A DNA stretch of 64,000 bases from an uncultured Acidobacteriaceae bacterium. GTDB lineage: Bacteria > Acidobacteriota > Terriglobia > Terriglobales > Acidobacteriaceae. The DNA is taken from positions 1,447,789 to 1,511,788 of the forward strand of contig CAVVNO010000005.1 in assembly GCA_963749665.1 (NCBI GenBank), read 5' to 3'. The position numbers and the translations under genes are program-made. Shown one piece after another: positions 47,053-56,189 of the stretch. Positions within the stretch are counted from its first letter, which is position 1. Each line of letters starts with the position of its first letter. The notes under the pieces were generated by a model, which was not told the DNA's origin, did no database searches, and worked only from the letters and a program-made list of their open reading frames with translations.

Positions 47053-48454
47053 ATGGCCCGTCTGTACCCCTTCCGCGCCCTCCGTTACGACCCCGCCCGC
47101 GTCAACATGGAAGCCGTCGTCACCCAACCCTACGACAAGATCACCCCAGCCATGCAGCAGCGCTACTACGAGGCCAGCCCCTACAACCTCGTCCGCGTCA
47201 TCCTCGGCAAGCACGAACCCGGCGACACCGAGCCCCAGGAGTTCCTTCCCCCCGGCGAAAAAGCCCACAACGTCTACACCCGCGCCGCCGAATATCTCCA
47301 CGACTGGCGCCGCGAGCGCATCCTCGCCGAAGAGTCCGAGCCCGCCATCTACGGCTACTCCCAGACCTACACCGTCCCCGGCACCAGCGAAGTGCGCGAG
47401 CGTCGCGGCTTCATCGCCCTCGGCCACCTCTACGACTACGCCGACAAGGTCGTCTACCGCCACGAGCAGACCTTCCCCAAGCACAAGTCCGACCGCCTCG
47501 CCCTCTTCAAGGCCACCCGCGCCTACTGCGAGCAGATCTACATGCTCTACTCCGACCCCGCCTTCACCGCCGAAAAACTCATCTTCGCAGGCTCATTTCC
47601 GAACGGCTTCGATGACAACCCAGCCGACCTCGCCATCACCGACGAGTACGGCGTCGTCCACAAGGTCTGGAAGCTCACCGACCCCAACCTCATCAATCTC
47701 CTCCTCACCGCCATGGCCGACAAAAAGCTCATCATCGCCGACGGCCACCACCGCTACGAAACCTCCGTCGCCTACGCCAAAGAGCGCTCCGCGCAGCTCA
47801 AACTCCCCCTCAACCAGCCGCTCGACGACGACGAAAAGCTCAGCCCCAGCCACCTCCCCGCGCCCGCCTTCCCCGAGGCCGCCATGATGATGACCTTCGT
47901 CAACATGGACGCCCCCGGCATCACCATCCTTCCCACACACCGCGTCGTCAACGGCATCGAAAACTTCTCCTCCCCCGACTTCATCACCAAAGCCAGCGCT
48001 TTCTTCACCATCACCGAACTCGCCGACGACGCTACAGCCTCCACCCTCATCGACACTCTCACCAAATCCCCCGGCGACTCCTTCATCGCTGTCACCGGCG
48101 ACGGCAACTACCTCCTGACGCCGCAAACCCGAAGCCATCGCCCCGCTTCTCAAGAACCTCCCGCCCAAACAGCGCCAGCTAGGCGTCGCACAACTCCACA
48201 CCGTCGTGCTCGATCAACTCCTCGGCCTCACCGAAGACAAGATCCGCGCCACCGGCAACATCCAGTACCTCCGCGAAGCCCCCGAAGCCGTCAGCCTCGT
48301 CGAATCCGGCGAAGCCAACATCGCCTTTCTCATCAAGCCCATCACCCTCGATCAACTCAAAGACGTCTCCCTCTCCGGCGAAGTCATGCCGCAAAAATCC
48401 ACCGACTTCTACCCCAAACTCCTCAGTGGCCTCGCCATCTACGCCCTCGATTAG
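47053..48454 (+). pseudogene. DUF1015 family protein with one frame break near 48115..48135
   Basis: MARLYPFRALRYDPARV...VTQPYDKI and IIADGHHRYETS are in the frame of ORF 46903..48525. The conserved C-terminus (LDQLLGLTEDKIRATGNIQYLRE...MPQKSTDFYPKLLSGL) is in ORF 48206..48454. Deleting one base in CCGCAAACCC restores ...LLTPKPEAIAPLLKNLPPKQRQLGVAQLHTVVLDQ... Confidence 0.7.
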
Positions 48455-49235
48455 CCTCATTCACCGGGTGGTCGCGAAAGCCATTTACAATCAACCTCGC
48501 GACCACTCATTCCACATTCAATTGACCTCTCCCCGCCGACAAGTCGCCGCACGCTTCGCCCTCGTCCTCCTAGCGAGCCTCCTTCCGTTGGCTGCCGCCC
48601 AGCAGCCCCTCCCCCGCACCATCATCCTCCTCGACCCCGCGCACGGAGGCCCCGACACCGGCGCCCATCTTCCCGACAACTTGCTGGAGAAAGACGTCAC
48701 GCTGGCCTTCGCAACTCGCCTCCGCGCTCTACTCACCACAAATGGCTTCACCATCGTCTCCACCCGCGACGCCGACCCCACCGTCGTCTTCACCACCGAT
48801 CAGCGGGCCGAGATCGCCAACCACGGCCACCCCAGCGCGTGCCTTATCCTTCACGCCACCGCCAGCGGCAACGGCATCCACATCGTCACGTCCGATCTCG
48901 CCGCGCCTGGCGATTTCGAAATGCCCCGCTCCACCATCCCCTGGGACTCCGCACAGGCCGCCTCCATCCCCCAAAGCCGTAGCCTGGCCAACGAGATCGG
49001 CCTCGCCCTTCAAAGCGCCCGGCTGCCTGTCATTCTCAGCCGCGCTTCCCTGCGGCCTGTCGACAACATCACCTGCCCCGCCGTCGCCATCGAAATCGCT
49101 CCTCTCGCCCCCGCCGACTCCGAGTCCACGCCTGTCTCCGACGCAACCTACCAGCAGAATGTCGCCAAGGCCGTCGCCGCCGCCCTCACCTCCTGGCGCA
49201 CCCGTCAAGCTGCCGCTGCCGGAGCCGCCAAATGA
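48426..49235 (+). CDS. N-acetylmuramoyl-L-alanine amidase (Amidase_3 family); start uncertain
   Basis: Signal-like ARFALVLLASLLPLAAAQQ; IILLDPAHGGPDTGAH; EKDVTLAFATRLRALL; ACLILHATA; VAIEIAPL. Candidate starts are GTG 48426, GTG 48468 and TTG 48522. Confidence 0.75.
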   Translation: MASPSTPSISLIHRVVAKAIYNQPRDHSFHIQLTSPRRQVAARFALVLLASLLPLAAAQQPLPRTIILLDPAHGGPDTGAHLPDNLLEKDVTLAFATRLRALLTTNGFTIVSTRDADPTVVFTTDQRAEIANHGHPSACLILHATASGNGIHIVTSDLAAPGDFEMPRSTIPWDSAQAASIPQSRSLANEIGLALQSARLPVILSRASLRPVDNITCPAVAIEIAPLAPADSESTPVSDATYQQNVAKAVAAALTSWRTRQAAAAGAAK

Positions 49236-49870
49236 TCCCCCGCTACCAGCGCATCCTCTTCTGGTGCCTCGTCGGCGCCATCGTCGTCATGCTGGTCGTC
49301 CTCCTCCACGGCCGCGAGCAGGCCCACAAACGCCTCACCAGCCTCAACGACTACACCCCCATCGCCGCCCCCGTCACCACCAGCACACAGGACGTCACTC
49401 TCTACCTCGCCAACGACGCCGACGCCTCCATCACCCCCTCAACCCGGCAGCTCGCTCTCCCCGAGGAGCCCGCCGCCCGTGCCCGCACCCTCCTCGAGCA
49501 ACTCTTCTCTATCTACGCCCTGCCCGACTCCAGCCATCCGCTGCACCCCGGCCCTGCCGTCGACGACGTCTTCCTCCTCACCGATCCCGAACCTGGTCTC
49601 GGCCGGCAGCCCGGCCAACTCGCCGTCATCAGTCTCCGCGGCGCCTTCATCGAAAACCACCCCTCCGGCATCCAGGTCGAAAACCTCACCGTGCAATCGA
49701 TCATCGGAACCCTTCACGCGGCCTTCCCACAGATCACCGCCATCCGCTTCCTCGTCGACGGCCAGCCCCACGACACGCTCGCCGGACACGCCGATCTCCT
49801 CCGCACCTATCCCGCCCGCGACACTACAGCGAAACCCATGCCCCCCACCGAACTAACAACTGACAACTGA
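49232..49870 (+). CDS. GerMN-domain protein
   Basis: ATGA overlap with the amidase gene; N-terminal TM helix (ILFWCLVGAIVVMLVVLL); C-terminal AIRFLVDGQPHDTLAGHADL, typical of GerM-like domains. Confidence 0.6.
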   Translation: MIPRYQRILFWCLVGAIVVMLVVLLHGREQAHKRLTSLNDYTPIAAPVTTSTQDVTLYLANDADASITPSTRQLALPEEPAARARTLLEQLFSIYALPDSSHPLHPGPAVDDVFLLTDPEPGLGRQPGQLAVISLRGAFIENHPSGIQVENLTVQSIIGTLHAAFPQITAIRFLVDGQPHDTLAGHADLLRTYPARDTTAKPMPPTELTTDN

Positions 49871-49885
49871 CAACCAACAACTCCA
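49851..49885. repeat. Degenerate heptamer tandem array AACTAAC AACTGAC AACTGAC AACCAAC AACTCCA
   Basis: Read directly. It spans the GerMN stop codon (49868..49870) and most of the spacer before murI. Confidence 0.9.
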
Positions 49886-49890
49886 AAAGC

Positions 49891-50724
49891 ATGCCCCCAA
49901 CCCAACCCACCATTGGCGTCTTCGACTCAGGCTTCGGAGGCCTCACCGTCCTTCGCGCCTTGCTGCCTCTCATCCCCAACGCCCGCTATATCTACCTCGG
50001 CGACACCGCCCGTCTCCCCTACGGCTCCAAGTCCCACGAGACCATCGCACGCTACGCCGTCTCCAGCGCAAAGTTCCTCCACGAACAAGGCGCCGAACTC
50101 CTCGTCATCGCCTGCAACACCGCCACCGCTCTCGCCTTTGACGACATCCGCCGCGCCCTTCCCATCCCCGTCATCGGCGTAGTCGAACCCGGAGCCCAAG
50201 CCGCGCTCAGTTCTTCTACTCCCTACTCCCTAATCCCTTCTCCCTGCTCTCACGTCCTCGTCCTCGCCACCACCGCCACCGTCCAATCCCACGCCTACAC
50301 CCACGCCCTCAACACCCTCAACCTCGAAGCCTACGAAAAAGCCTGCCCTCTTTTAGTCCCCCTGGTCGAAGAAGGCTGGATCAACCACCCCATCACCGAC
50401 GAAGTCCTGAAGATCTACCTCACCGAAGCCCTCACCGCCGCCCCATCAACCCAAACCCTTCTCCTGGGCTGCACCCACTACCCGCTTCTCGAACCCGCCA
50501 TCCGCCGCACTCTCGCCGCCCTCAACCACCCGCTCACCATCATCGACTCCGCCCAGGCCACGGCACAGGCTGTCGCCGTCCACCTCCACCAGCAACCAAC
50601 AACCAACAACCAACCTCAAATCACCTTCTACGCCACCGACTCCATCGAAAAATTCGAGCGCCTCGGCTCCGCCTTCCTCGGCCAGCCCGTCACCGGAGTC
50701 CGCCACGTCGACCTCGGCGGCTGA
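49891..50724 (+). CDS. murI: Glutamate racemase
   Basis: IGVFDSGFGGLTVLRAL, YLGDTARLPYGSKS, LVIACNTAT, LLGCTHYPLL. Confidence 0.9.
   Translation: MPPTQPTIGVFDSGFGGLTVLRALLPLIPNARYIYLGDTARLPYGSKSHETIARYAVSSAKFLHEQGAELLVIACNTATALAFDDIRRALPIPVIGVVEPGAQAALSSSTPYSLIPSPCSHVLVLATTATVQSHAYTHALNTLNLEAYEKACPLLVPLVEEGWINHPITDEVLKIYLTEALTAAPSTQTLLLGCTHYPLLEPAIRRTLAALNHPLTIIDSAQATAQAVAVHLHQQPTTNNQPQITFYATDSIEKFERLGSAFLGQPVTGVRHVDLGG
50217..50247. repeat. Heptamer array TACTCCC TACTCCC TAATCCC TTCTCCC TGC inside the murI coding sequence
   Basis: Read directly. It is translated in frame as STPYSLIPSPC. Confidence 0.9.
50594..50614. repeat. Perfect heptamer tandem repeat (AACCAAC)x3 inside the murI coding sequence
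   Basis: Read directly. It encodes part of QQPTTNNQPQ near the MurI C-terminus. Confidence 0.95.
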
Positions 50725-51008
50725 CTCTTTTCAGTCCCGCGCATTACCCTTCGAATTTGACAAACAATTGCCGCAAACTTCTCCTTCCGGCCCGCTATAC
50801 TGCTAGCAAAGCCGCCTCAAACGGCTCAAAAAAACCTGGGCGTATGTCCAGGATAAGCCTTTTATTTCGAAGACTTTGCAGAATTTGACGTCGAAAACAA
50901 AGACTTTACGCCTGGAGCAAGAGGCAGGTACAAACCTAAATCTCCTGTTTCGAAGACTTTGACACATTTCACCGGGGAGGGGGGCCTCCCGGAATAGAGC
51001 CAAACTCG

Positions 51009-51386
51009 ATGCCTTACCTGCTCAAGACCGAACCCGGCAAATACTCCTTCGACGATCTCGAACGTGACCGCGAGACCACCTGGGATGGAATCTCCAACCC
51101 CCAGGCCCTCCTCAACCTCCGCTCCATGAAACCCGGCGAAAAACTCATCATCTACCACTCCAACGTAGGCAAAGCCGCCGTCGGCACCGCCAAAGTCGTC
51201 TCCGTCGACGCCACCGACCCCAAGGATCCCAAAGTACGCATCCAGCCCGGCAAGCGCCTTAAGCGGGAAAAGACCCTCGACGACATGCGCGCCGCCCCCG
51301 TCTTCAAAGACTCCATCCTCTTCCGCCAGTTCCGCCTCTCCGTCGTCCCCCTCACCGACGCCCAATACGATTGGCTCCTCTCCTGA
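51009..51386 (+). CDS. EVE (PUA-like) domain protein
   Basis: MPYLLKTEPGKYSFDDLERDRETTWDGISNPQALLNLRSMKPGEKLIIYHSN is the canonical EVE-domain N-terminus. 125 aa. Confidence 0.8.
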   Translation: MPYLLKTEPGKYSFDDLERDRETTWDGISNPQALLNLRSMKPGEKLIIYHSNVGKAAVGTAKVVSVDATDPKDPKVRIQPGKRLKREKTLDDMRAAPVFKDSILFRQFRLSVVPLTDAQYDWLLS

Positions 51387-51474
51387 CCGGAACTGCGGCA
51401 GTTAGCGGGTTTGTCCAAATTCATGTACTTGTTTTTTTACACATTGCGCTTAGAATCCCCCCACAGGCCCCCGA

Positions 51475-52701
51475 ATGTCCTTTATCGCTTCAATCGATGT
51501 CGGCACTCTTCTCGGCTGTCAAATTGTTCTGACGCTCGTCTATGCCATCGTCTTCTGTTGCATGAAGTACTTTTACAACTACCTGCAAGGCGCCGGCTCG
51601 GTCGCCCTGGCGTTTCTTGCCGCAACCATCGCCAACATTCTCTTACTCCTGTCCGGCTCCGTCCCCACCTTCCTCGCAATTGCCGTCTCCCATTGCCTCC
51701 TGCTCTCCGCATTCGCCCTCTTCTACGCCGGCGTCCTTCGCTTCTTCAAAAGTCCGCGCAAAATTAGTTACGCATGGGCTCTCACCATCGTCGCGTCCTC
51801 CCTGATCGTCTATCTTGTCCTCTCACACGACAACACGAAAAAACTCACCTACGTCATCGCCATCAGTTTCTTTCTCGTCCGCGGCCTTATCGCAGTCGAA
51901 ATCTTCCGCCAGGCAGCCGGCAGAATCTTCCTGAAGATCTTTGCCTACCTCATGGCAGGCTATGCCATCTTCGCTCTCAACCGCATCCTCTTCCAATTTG
52001 TCTACGGCGCTCCGCCAAATCAGGCACAACGAAGTTTCCTGCAGACCCTCTCGGTACTGCTCAGTGTCTCCTTTGCCTTCCTCATCGGCCTGTCCTTCCT
52101 GCTCATGCTTTGCAGCGACCTCCTCGCCCTCGTCAAAGACGAGTCGGAGCGCGACCTGCTCTGCGGCGTTCTCAACCGCCGCGGTATTGAGCAGAAGCTC
52201 GACACCGAACTCGAGCGCGCCGGCCGCAGCAGCCACAACCTCTCCATCGCACTCATCGACATCGACCACTTCAAGACCATCAACGATCAGGCTGGACACG
52301 CAGCCGGCGACTCTGCTCTCCGCGACGTGGTCTCTGCCATCTCCGGACGCCTGCGCACCCACGACCTCCTCGGCCGCTTCGGCGGAGACGAGTTTCTCCT
52401 CATCTTTCCCCGCACCTCCTGCTCAGACGCACTCTCCGTCTCCTCCCGCATCGAGCAGTCGGTGCGCGAGCTATCGATGATACCCGGCGCCGGGCTACCC
52501 CTCACCATCAGCATCGGCCTAACCCAGGCCACCTCCGGTGAAGTCGCAGCCCCTCTCCTCGCGCGCGCCGACAAGGCTCTCTACAACGCAAAAAACGCGG
52601 GCCGAAACTGCTGCAGAGTCCTCCTCGACGAAACAGACACCAACGGAGACCTCGAACGCATGATCGTCTCCTCCACTCCCGGCGATCTACTGCAGCGATA
52701 G
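51475..52701 (+). CDS. Membrane-bound diguanylate cyclase (GGDEF)
   Basis: About six N-terminal TM helices, then IDIDHFKTINDQAGHAAGD, RFGGDEFLLIF and ADKALYNAKNAGRN. Confidence 0.9.
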   Translation: MSFIASIDVGTLLGCQIVLTLVYAIVFCCMKYFYNYLQGAGSVALAFLAATIANILLLLSGSVPTFLAIAVSHCLLLSAFALFYAGVLRFFKSPRKISYAWALTIVASSLIVYLVLSHDNTKKLTYVIAISFFLVRGLIAVEIFRQAAGRIFLKIFAYLMAGYAIFALNRILFQFVYGAPPNQAQRSFLQTLSVLLSVSFAFLIGLSFLLMLCSDLLALVKDESERDLLCGVLNRRGIEQKLDTELERAGRSSHNLSIALIDIDHFKTINDQAGHAAGDSALRDVVSAISGRLRTHDLLGRFGGDEFLLIFPRTSCSDALSVSSRIEQSVRELSMIPGAGLPLTISIGLTQATSGEVAAPLLARADKALYNAKNAGRNCCRVLLDETDTNGDLERMIVSSTPGDLLQR

Positions 52702-52766
52702 CACTTACCTCCCCTGACTGCTATCCTTTAGTTCGCGAATCGTATCTGAAAGGAATCCGTTCCACC

Positions 52767-53528
52767 ATGATTGATCTCAATGGTAAAGTCGCGGTCGTCT
52801 TCGGCCTGGCCAACAAACGCAGCATCGCCTGGGGCATCGCCCAGAAGCTATCCGAAGCCGGCGCCACCCTCGCCATCTGCTATCAGAACGAGCGCCTCCA
52901 ACGTGAAGCCGAGGAGCTCGCCGCCGATCTCCCCGGAACAAAGACCTTCCGCTGCGATGTCTCCATCGACTCCGACATCGACTCCGTCTTCGAGCAGCTC
53001 AAAAGCGCCTACGGCAAGCTCGACATCATCGTCCACTCCATCGGCTTCGCCCCGAATATCAAGAACACTGTCCTGCAGACTGCCCGCGAAGACTTCCGCA
53101 TTGCCTTCGACATCAGCGCATACTCGCTCATCGCCCTAGCCCGCGCAGCCGAGCCACTCATGATCGACGGAGGCTCCATCCTCACCCTCACCTACTACGG
53201 CTCCGACAAAGTCTTCCCCAACTACAACATCATGGGACCCGCCAAAGCTGCCCTTGAATCAACCGTCCGCTATCTCGCCGCTGACCTCGGCTCCAAAAAG
53301 ATTCGCGTCAATGCCATCTCTGCAGGCCCTATCAAAACACTCGCAGCGCGCGGCATCAGCGACTTCACCAGCATCCTCACTGCGGTCGAACAGCGGGCAC
53401 CCCTCCACCGCAACGTCGACCAACTCGAAGTCGGCAACACCGCACTTTTCCTCTCAAGCCCCCTCGCCAGCGGTATCACCGGCGAGATCACCTTCGTCGA
53501 CTGCGGCTACAACGTCACAGGCCTATAA
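52767..53528 (+). CDS. fabI: Enoyl-[acyl-carrier-protein] reductase (NADH)
   Basis: GKVAVVFGLANKRSIAWGIAQKL, IVHSIGFAP, LTYYGSDKVFPNYNIMGPAKAALE, IRVNAISAGPIKTLAA. Confidence 0.9.
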   Translation: MIDLNGKVAVVFGLANKRSIAWGIAQKLSEAGATLAICYQNERLQREAEELAADLPGTKTFRCDVSIDSDIDSVFEQLKSAYGKLDIIVHSIGFAPNIKNTVLQTAREDFRIAFDISAYSLIALARAAEPLMIDGGSILTLTYYGSDKVFPNYNIMGPAKAALESTVRYLAADLGSKKIRVNAISAGPIKTLAARGISDFTSILTAVEQRAPLHRNVDQLEVGNTALFLSSPLASGITGEITFVDCGYNVTGL

Positions 53529-53618
53529 AAAAGATTTATCGCCTTTCCGCATCGCATACTCATCTGAAGTGTGAGCATGTGGTTCGGTGTCTTTTCAAAT
53601 AGGTTCAACGAAAGGATC

Positions 53619-54131
53619 ATGATGAAAATCTCCGAAATTCTTCTCCAGGACTACGACATCGAGGTATCCAACACCCGCCGCACCCTGGAACGCGTCCCCG
53701 AAGGAAAAAACGACTGGAAGTGTCACGACAAATCCATGCCCCTGGGCAAGCTCGCCATGCATTGCGCCACGCTGCCTCTCTTCGGCTCCTACATCATCCT
53801 CGACGACGGCATGGACATGGCCAACTCCAAACGCCCGCACGTCCCCCTCGTTCTCGAATCTCGTGAGGCCTGCCTCCGCCATCTTGACGAGAGCGCTAAG
53901 GCCTGCCGCGACGCCATCGCCTCAGCCTCCGACGAACACCTGTCCGCCCCGTGGCGCTTTAGCTTCGGCGATCAGGTCATCTGCAACAACTCGCGGTCAC
54001 TCACCTTCCGCCAGATGTGCTTCAACCACCTCATCCACCACACCACGCAGCTCGGAGTCTACCTCCGCCTCAACGACATCCCAGTCCCCGCCCTCTACGG
54101 TCCATCCGCCGACGAACAATTCCCCACGTAA
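53619..54131 (+). CDS. DinB-family (DinB_2-like) four-helix-bundle protein
   Basis: The ATG at 53619 follows GAAAGGA. ILLQDYDIEVSNTRRTLERVPE...LGKLAMHCA...NHLIHHTTQLGVYLRLNDIPVPALYGPSAD matches the DinB/YfiT-like His pattern. Confidence 0.6.
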   Translation: MMKISEILLQDYDIEVSNTRRTLERVPEGKNDWKCHDKSMPLGKLAMHCATLPLFGSYIILDDGMDMANSKRPHVPLVLESREACLRHLDESAKACRDAIASASDEHLSAPWRFSFGDQVICNNSRSLTFRQMCFNHLIHHTTQLGVYLRLNDIPVPALYGPSADEQFPT

Positions 54132-54175
54132 CGCAGTCACTTCAGTCCGTTAGGAGACCCTGGATGTAGTCAAGA

Positions 54176-54754
54176 TTAAAAATCAATCGGCTTTTTGGGG
54201 GAAAGAGCGGAATCGAGAAAGACGGCCGTCGGCACCGGCGGCCCGCTCGTTGGGCCCTCCGAAAGAACAAGCGTTTCATGATCTCGCAGCCAGCGCCACG
54301 ATCCATTGAATGCTGAGGGGTTGCCATACTTCTGAGTGAAAGCACTTCGGACACCGTCGAATTCGCTCTGCTTCATATCGATATCAATTCGATAGAGAAA
54401 GCCCTTATAGAACCTGTAAATCACGCCTTCGAGCTGAATGCCCTGCATCTCGCGTAACTGAGGATTGGATTCACCAGGTGAAGCATTGCACACGACTTCT
54501 CCGTCGATCAGATTGGTAGAATCGCCGAAAAAGTCTCTCATGGAATCCGAGCAGATTGGAGTCTTCGCGTCTATCTTCTGTTTCTTTTTGCCGACGGTAA
54601 CAGTAACCCGGACAGTCCCCAGCGCGTTGACTTCTTTGAATTTGTCGAGCGGCATGCCGAGGACATTGCCTTTAAAGCTGAATCGAGCGTCGGTCTGCGC
54701 GAAGAGTGAACCTGCGGTGACCAGCGCTGCGAAGAGACACGTGAGAGTCTTCAT
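54176..54754 (-). CDS. Hypothetical secreted protein
   Basis: The internal ATG at 54754 follows AAAGGAAAA. Signal peptide MKTLTCLFAALVTAGSLFAQ. The longer track ORF overlaps the upstream gene. Confidence 0.5.
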   Translation of the reverse strand: MKTLTCLFAALVTAGSLFAQTDARFSFKGNVLGMPLDKFKEVNALGTVRVTVTVGKKKQKIDAKTPICSDSMRDFFGDSTNLIDGEVVCNASPGESNPQLREMQGIQLEGVIYRFYKGFLYRIDIDMKQSEFDGVRSAFTQKYGNPSAFNGSWRWLRDHETLVLSEGPTSGPPVPTAVFLDSALSPKKPIDF

Positions 54755-54792
54755 GGTTTTCCTTTTCACTAGATTCGGCGAACCCGGAAACC

Positions 54793-56106
54793 TTAATCCT
54801 TCCGGTAAACTACTCCGCCCTTCATCACGAACTTCACCTTCGTCGTCGTCGAGATATCCTCCAGCGGATTCCCCGGCACCGCAATCACATCGGCAAAGTA
54901 CCCCGGCTTCAACTCTCCTATCTGCCCACCCCAACCCAGCAGCTTCGCTCCGTTGATTAGATCCGCCTGCAGCGCCGCCGCGGACTTCATTCCATACTCC
55001 ACCATCAACTCCAGCTCCCGCGCCTGCGTTCCATGCGGAAACGGCCCTACGTCGCTCCCCATCGCCATCGGCACCCCCGCCGCCAGTTGCTTCTTGAACT
55101 CCGCGGCGTGATACGCCTGCTGTGCGCGCTCATTTGCAGCCCTGGCTGGAGTCGCTGCATGATCGGCAAAGTACTCTGCAATCGCAAACGTCGGCACCGC
55201 GTAAATCTGTTTCTCCTTCATCGCCTTCATCGTCGCGTCACTCAACAGATACGCATGATCGACCGACTCCACACCTGCTGCGACCGCATATCCCGTTCCC
55301 GGCTCGCCCGTCGCATGTACCGCCACTCCGCGTCCGGAGCCAACCCCGCCACCCGTCCGCTCCGCCTCCTTCACTGCCGCGGCCAACTCCTCCTCCGTGT
55401 ACTGATAAGGAGACCGAAACACGCCATCCCGAAACGAATCCCGTCCCGTCTCATAGATCTTCGTGAAATCAGCTCCCCCCTTGCGCTGCTCCCGCATCAC
55501 CTTCACGATCTCGTCACTCGAATCGGCATAGTCCGCGTTCGAGAGCACCTTCTGTGCCGGGTTATACCCGATAGCATCTTCATGGCCGCCCGTCAGGTCG
55601 ATCGCATTGCAGCTCATGCGCATTCGTGGCCCCGGAATCAGTCCTTTGTTGATCGCATTCCTCACCGCGACGTCAGCGCACCCCGCACCCTCGCTCCCCA
55701 TATCTCGTTCCGCGGTAAAACCGGCCATCAAATCCGCCTTCGCCGCCCCAGCCGCAATCAATGTTCGCTGCGGCACACTCTCCTGAATGGTCTGCGAATC
55801 CTCCGCCCCCGGATGCAGGAACAAATGCACGTGCGCATCAATCATCCCCGGCATCAGAGTCTCGTCCCCGAGATCGATCACCTCGGCCCCAGTCGGTCGA
55901 TCCACATGGGCGCCGGCCGCAACAATCCGGTCGCCCTGCACCAGAACCTCACCCGGCGTCACGATGCTTCCATTCGCCACATCCAACATCCGCGCCGCAT
56001 GCAACACTACAACGTGCGAACGCTCTGCTAACTGCGCCATGGCAGGCAACGCACACAATCCCGCCAGAACCGTGAACATCAAAGTCTTCCCATGCAATGT
56101 CTTCAT
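54793..56106 (-). CDS. Amidohydrolase family protein (metal-dependent hydrolase, secreted)
   Basis: Signal peptide MKTLHGKTLMFTVLAGLCALPAMAQ; PGMIDAHVHLF; AVHATGE; GSDVGPFPHG; DVIAVPGNPLEDI. Confidence 0.8.
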   Translation of the reverse strand: MKTLHGKTLMFTVLAGLCALPAMAQLAERSHVVVLHAARMLDVANGSIVTPGEVLVQGDRIVAAGAHVDRPTGAEVIDLGDETLMPGMIDAHVHLFLHPGAEDSQTIQESVPQRTLIAAGAAKADLMAGFTAERDMGSEGAGCADVAVRNAINKGLIPGPRMRMSCNAIDLTGGHEDAIGYNPAQKVLSNADYADSSDEIVKVMREQRKGGADFTKIYETGRDSFRDGVFRSPYQYTEEELAAAVKEAERTGGGVGSGRGVAVHATGEPGTGYAVAAGVESVDHAYLLSDATMKAMKEKQIYAVPTFAIAEYFADHAATPARAANERAQQAYHAAEFKKQLAAGVPMAMGSDVGPFPHGTQARELELMVEYGMKSAAALQADLINGAKLLGWGGQIGELKPGYFADVIAVPGNPLEDISTTTKVKFVMKGGVVYRKD

Positions 56107-56189
56107 ATGCAACGAGAATACCGCGAACCATCTATTTCCTAGCAACCGGCTGCCACGGATCGTGCGAAAATCGCGAGAAGACAATCTCT

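Noticed and set aside
50803-51003. A 66-aa - strand ORF in the murI-EVE spacer
   Set aside because: It has no RBS and an implausible Arg/Phe-rich sequence, and it spans the direct repeats. I treat the region as non-coding.
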